Shown here: positions 58,636-64,000 of the stretch, in pieces
How positions within the stretch are numbered: position 1 is the first letter of the stretch
Layout of the letters: each line of letters begins with the position of its first letter
DNA from: the human T2T-CHM13v2.0 reference genome, Homo sapiens
Assembly (NCBI RefSeq): GCF_009914755.1
Contig: NC_060944.1
Direction: 5' to 3' (one strand)
Length of the DNA stretch: 64,000 nt
The notes under the pieces: generated by a model
Database searches by the model: none
Told to the model about the DNA's origin: nothing
The model's input: only the letters and a program-made list of their open reading frames with translations
Made by a program: the position numbers and the translations under genes

Positions 58636-59099
58636 CCTATAGAATAAGAACAGAGTCAGGCTTTGTACAGTTTTGTAGCATACTTTAATGAATTTTGTTT
58701 TGTTTTGTTAACTAGCATTCAGTATGTATCTTTATCTTCTTGCTTATTTCTCATTCTTCCATGTTCCTATTTCAATTCCAAAGTGTACCGTCCTAGCCAA
58801 TCCTTTTGTCCGTCTAAAAATGCAGTATCTTATATCTGTTATTTGCTGCTTAGAAGAAAGAATTCCCCTGGCTGTGCATGGAATCATTCTTTTGTGGAGC
58901 CTACCTAGTACTGACCTATTTAACTTCTCTCGATGCTTCACGTCTTCCAACTGCTGCCGGGATGCTTGGACATCCCCTTTCAAGGTGCAGCCCAGAGACA
59001 GATATTTTGTCTTTCCTGTCTTGATTAACATTGCATCTCTCCTTAGCATTTCCACTGTAAATGTTAAACTTAGGGAAAGTAGTAGATTATGACCTGTAA

Positions 59100-59369
<270 letters not shown>

Positions 59370-59854
59370 TAGCTGCTGCTGCTATAAGAAATATCAGCTC
59401 TTTCCAGCTTTCATTTCTGTTAGTGGGAAAAAAATGTTGCGTATTTAATCCTTGAAAAACAATTGTATTCCCAATGACAGACACATATGCACCCACTTTT
59501 TTTTTCCTTCAGAAACTGACACATTCATAAACTTCATATGATACTGTATTATTTAAACCAGACATTTTATACCTCTTTGTTTTGGGGGAAGGATTTCTAT
59601 ATATTCAAAAAGAGGAGAAGAAGAAGAAGAAGTTAAAGTGACTATTTCAGTAATCAGGGATTTTAACCTGACTGGTTGTGAAGGATGGCCTGAGCACCTG
59701 AAGCAGGTGTGGCAGTTAACACAAGGCTGAACCTTCACACCCATCTTAAAGCCTCAGCTTTTATTTTCTATCATCCTTGTATTATCATGAGCCTTTGACA
59801 AGTCAGGAAATACTTGACGGTGTTCCTTCTCACAATGGTCAGTCAGGAAAGCCA

Positions 59855-59965
59855 GTAGCCGGGGGCTTAGCAGAGCATGATGCTGGACTTCACTGAGCCT
59901 CAGCCTCCTCATCTGAAAGTGAAGAGGTTTGCCTAGATGCCAAATTCACTCCTGGTTCTAAGTTT
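59855..59965 (+). mobile_element. MIR core fragment
   Basis: ctgagcctcagcctcctcatctgaaagtg. Confidence 0.6.
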
Positions 59966-61073
59966 CAACAATCCCACCCAAGTGCTGCTTGTGGTGGAGG
60001 CTTACAAGCTGCACTGAGCTCTCACCATTGCTTTGCCTCCTTCTCTGATCCCTGCTCACCAGAGAGCAGGAGTAACCAGCTTGTGGCTTTTACACACCTT
60101 TAAAAATATCATTATCCGTGATGTCCATTTACCACAGTTGCTTTTTAGACTGAGAAATAAAAATCAGATTTGTTAAAATATAGTATATGGCGAAGAAACT
60201 ATTGACAGTGGTGAAAAAACAAAAAGCCACCCTTTTCTGTGATAATTGCTTTTAATTAGCTTTTGGAGCTCACTAGAAAAAAGATCCCCACCCCCCAAAA
60301 AAGATTTTATAGGATAATACATTTTCATTCAAAGGATAATATTATCAAGACTTTGCTGTCATTATTTTGCAAAGAATACCTGGTGACCTAAAGCTGAGAA
60401 AAGGAAGGCACAAGGTTCTGTATGGTGGGATTTATCATTCAGGTAAATAACTGTGGACTCTTCTCTTCAGGACTTTTAAATATTTAGCAAGTCAATCAAC
60501 ATCTCCTACTGCCACTTACCTTCATATAATTCCACTCCTAGCTTACTAACGCATGTTGCTGTGATTCAAAACTGTTCACTCGTTTCCCCAAAGTGACCAA
60601 TAGTCACCCAAGGGGACCTCACCCCAAAATCTTCTGACTTGACTTAAATTAACAATGTTATGGAATCCACCATTCCAGGCCTGTTCTCCATTCCCTTTCG
60701 GCTTTGCCACCTTAGACCTTTATCGGCCTTAGACCTTTCTTGTTAATATTGAGTCCGTTTTGCCCAAGATTCAGTTAATTTGGAATGCTTTAGAATAAAG
60801 CCCTGGGTGTGTGAATCACCTCATAGCCAAAGCGTGAGGCTAGGTTTTTGTTTTTTTAGGAGCCACATGCAGCTGCGTGGATGCTCATAGTACCTACTTG
60901 AGGGCAGCAGGGCATGACTTAGCAAAGCTGTGCAGTGCATGACAGGACCTGCAGAGCAGTGCTGCACTGGCAGCTGCAAGGGGCAGGTCGCTGTAGCAGG
61001 CTGAGCTTGCCTCTCAAAACCAAATGGTCGGTTTGCTGCTGCTTCTTTAATTTGCCCTTTTAAAATGTATATT

Positions 61074-61378
61074 GGCCAGGTGCAGTGACACACACCTGTA
61101 ATCCCAGCACTTTGGGAGCCCAAGGCAGGCGGATTGCCTGAGTCTAGGAGTTCAAGACCAGCCTGGGCAACATGGTGAACCCCCATCTCTATAAAAAGTA
61201 TAAAAATTAGCCAGATGTGGTGGCTTGTGTCTGGAATCCCAGCTACTCTGGAGGCTGAGGTGGGGGGATCACTTGAGCCCAGGAGGTTAAGGCTGCAGTG
61301 AGAGTTGTGATCATGCCACTGAACTCCACCATGGGTGGCAGAGTGAGACCCTGTCTCAAAAAAAAAAAAAAAAAAAAA
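61074..61378 (+). mobile_element. AluJ
   Basis: Sense Alu, acttgagcccaggaggttaaggctgcagtg, A tail. Confidence 0.95.
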
Positions 61379-63394
61379 CAATTCGCTGATGTTAAAATTC
61401 CTCTGGGATCATTTGTGTGTGCGTAAGAAAGGAGAAAAGCTAGTTGAAGAAAGGCTATGACTTTAGCTTAGGTTCAGTGTCCCCAGGCTTTCATCTTCTT
61501 TATCCTTAGATCCTCTCATGATTGGGATTTTATGAGCAACCAATTTGATTCCATTTTAACAGTCATTTTATACAGTGAAAGCCTAAGAATATCCAGTTCC
61601 TTTTTAGAAAAAAGAACTAATTACATGTATTAACATATGTTTATTTTGAGTGCAGCACGAGTAGTCTTTGTACCCAAACAGTTGAAGTCAAACTGTTCCA
61701 TGTGTCAACTCGAGGAAGCGAGCACAGCCCGTTAGCCTAGAGATGCCCTCTGCATCTCTGTCTTGAGCACTGATTTTAACTTGTTCTTCTTATCTGCCCC
61801 TCAAAGGTAGCTGAGAAGTTTTCTTTTCTTGCATTGTTGTGGTTCTGAAGAGAAAGCTTCATGACGTGTGGTGTGGTCGGTTACTGGTGTCTATCACACT
61901 GCACTTGGTCTACCTTGCATTCGTCAAACTGACTCACAGAAGGAAAGCCCCACAGCTAGAGGGAGAAAGTTTGTGTGTATGAGCCTTTGCTTTATTTTTG
62001 TCATGCTATTTTTAGTTTTAGCCTTATAGGGCATTTATAGCCAAATTTTAGCAATCCTTGTTTCCATGTATGTCTTTCACATATTTTCTAGCCCAGTCAT
62101 AGTTGAACTCTGCATGTGAAGCAAAATTCTTTAATTGTTTTTTAAAAAAAAAAAAACCTATGAGGCGGCAAGGCTGCCTTTTTGTTGTGTGAACAATGCC
62201 GAAACACTCAACTGTAAAGGGATATCTCTGTATTCCATGAGGCACTGCATCTTTAGGCTGCAACATGAAAAGCAGGAGAGAGGAAACCAGTGTTTGTACT
62301 TTATCTAGAAACTCACACTCATGAGTTAAATCAAGGGTTTTCTATATTGTTTGAGGAGTACAAGTGTTTTTAATAAAGGAAAAGTTTTGCTATCATTGCT
62401 CTTTAGAACAGCTAAAAATTTTGTTGTTTTAATTTGTGAAGATTCTAAGAGATCAACCTGAGATGACATTGCAAGAAACCAGCAAAACAGGTTTGAGGTG
62501 ACCTGGGCAACTCTGAGTTTTCTGCAGTCTTTGGGAATTAAACAGGAATCATCAGTTCTTATACATCAGTTCTTAATCTAAATTAAGAAATTTAGATTTG
62601 TGTATGATTTTACTCTCTTTTTCTACATTAGGTCACAATTTCCTGTTAGTGCAGGAAACAACTGCAAAGAGTATCTTCCCATTGTGTTGGGCTTAAATTT
62701 TTGTTTACCTTTATTATAAATAACACCAAAACAATAAAACAATTGACCTATCCTGAAACTTACTAGTGATAAGGAATACTGAAATTGAATTAAAACCATG
62801 TGTTTCTGTCGCCTAATAAATGTTAATCTACTTTAGAGAAATTATATTATTTTCACTGTTAGTACATGAGTGTAGTACGTTTTTACAAAAACAAAGGCAT
62901 ATACAGTATCATCAACAAGAGCGTAGAAGAAAATAGGATTAGTGATTTCCAGTTCTCTGCTTAACTCACTGCTCAACAGTTTCCTTCTTGAGTAGATTTG
63001 TAAACCCAAGACCAGAAACTAATGAATGATGGTGTTTAGATTTTTAAAAATTTTTAGACCAAGTTTGAAAAATGGGATAGTTTATATAAAAATTACTGTT
63101 TCTGACTCCTTTTGAACAAAGATCTAGCAACACTGTGCCTATAAACATGAAACAGTCCCCTAAAACCATGGGGGGCTGCTTGCTGTTGACTGGGCTGTGG
63201 TGTGGGTTCCCCATGCCGTTGCACCAGCAGTGGATGAATATGCCCTTACTCCTGGCCCCATCCCTGTCTACAGTCCCCTGGCCACACTGGGTGTTTCCCT
63301 GGGGCCCTTGATGCCAGCCAGTGTTGGCTCTTCTTGACTTATTTCTTCTATTTGTCACAGTACAACTGATTGATACTTATATGAAAGCATTCTT

Positions 63395-63535
63395 TACCAT
63401 ACTTATTACCTCCTTGCCCTGATGTTTACACTGAAATATTTTTATCTTTCTTTTAGAAATATGAAACTGAGGCAGAAAGAAATGAAATGACTTTCCCAGA
63501 TCACACAGTGAGCCAACATCATGGTTTCGAGCAAA
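63395..63535 (-). mobile_element. MIR fragment
   Basis: ttttagaaatatgaaactgaggcaga...aaatgactttcccagatcacacag. Confidence 0.75.
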
Positions 63536-63715
63536 CTTCAGTAGCAAATTTAAATTTGCGGTGTTATTCATGAGCACATATGACATTCCTTTCAACATTC
63601 ACAGCTAAATTAAAAAGCAAAATGAAATGAAATGTTCATTGTTAACTTTTTAATATATATGTTAATTTTTTTGCATTAAATTTGAAGGTTATATCTAATT
63701 TTTTATTTGCTTTAG

Positions 63716-63853
<138 letters not shown>

Positions 63854-64000
63854 TGATTTTGGACAAAAAATAAATAGAATTTCTGCTCCGTAGAGATGGC
63901 AATTATGTTTGACTCTGACTGTCATGTTAGTATAGTGATACATTTTAAAAATATGTCCTAATGAAGATACTTTGTTTGGGTAAAGAAAATTAACTGAAGA

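Noticed and set aside
60843-60881. Perfect RSS nonamer on the - strand (GGTTTTTGT)
   Set aside because: No CAC-starting heptamer at 12- or 23-nt spacing; the nearest is at 21 nt.
62854-62893. CACTGTT + 24 nt + ACAAAAACA
   Set aside because: Spacer is off by one and the heptamer is only 5/7 with a position-4 mismatch; within chance expectation.

Overview
Primate (almost certainly human) genomic DNA, AT-rich and dense in repeats, lying inside SLX4IP (C20orf94, chr20p12, between MKKS and JAG1) on the + strand. Bases 1-59246 are the 3' part of a very long intron. Two coding exons follow: 59247-59336 (90 nt, [30 protein letters not shown]) and 63716-63836 (121 nt, [41 protein letters not shown]). 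They splice in frame and match my recollection of the SLX4IP N-terminus. The rest is about 21 Alu/monomer copies (16 antisense, 5 sense), old L1, L2, MIR, MLT1 LTR and hAT-Charlie MER fragments, microsatellites and unique intronic sequence. Apart from the frame overlapping the first exon, the supplied ORFs look spurious. I cannot support a wholly new biological system. The best leads are: a well-formed cryptic 12-RSS with a nested 23-RSS in a gene known for RAG-mediated deletions; a near-perfect 65-nt palindrome in unique sequence; two tiny A-tailed, direct-repeat-flanked orphan insertions that resemble each other; an Alu whose linker expanded into a (TA)24-containing array; and several candidate cryptic or poison exons. 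Repeat boundaries and subfamily calls are by eye and approximate.
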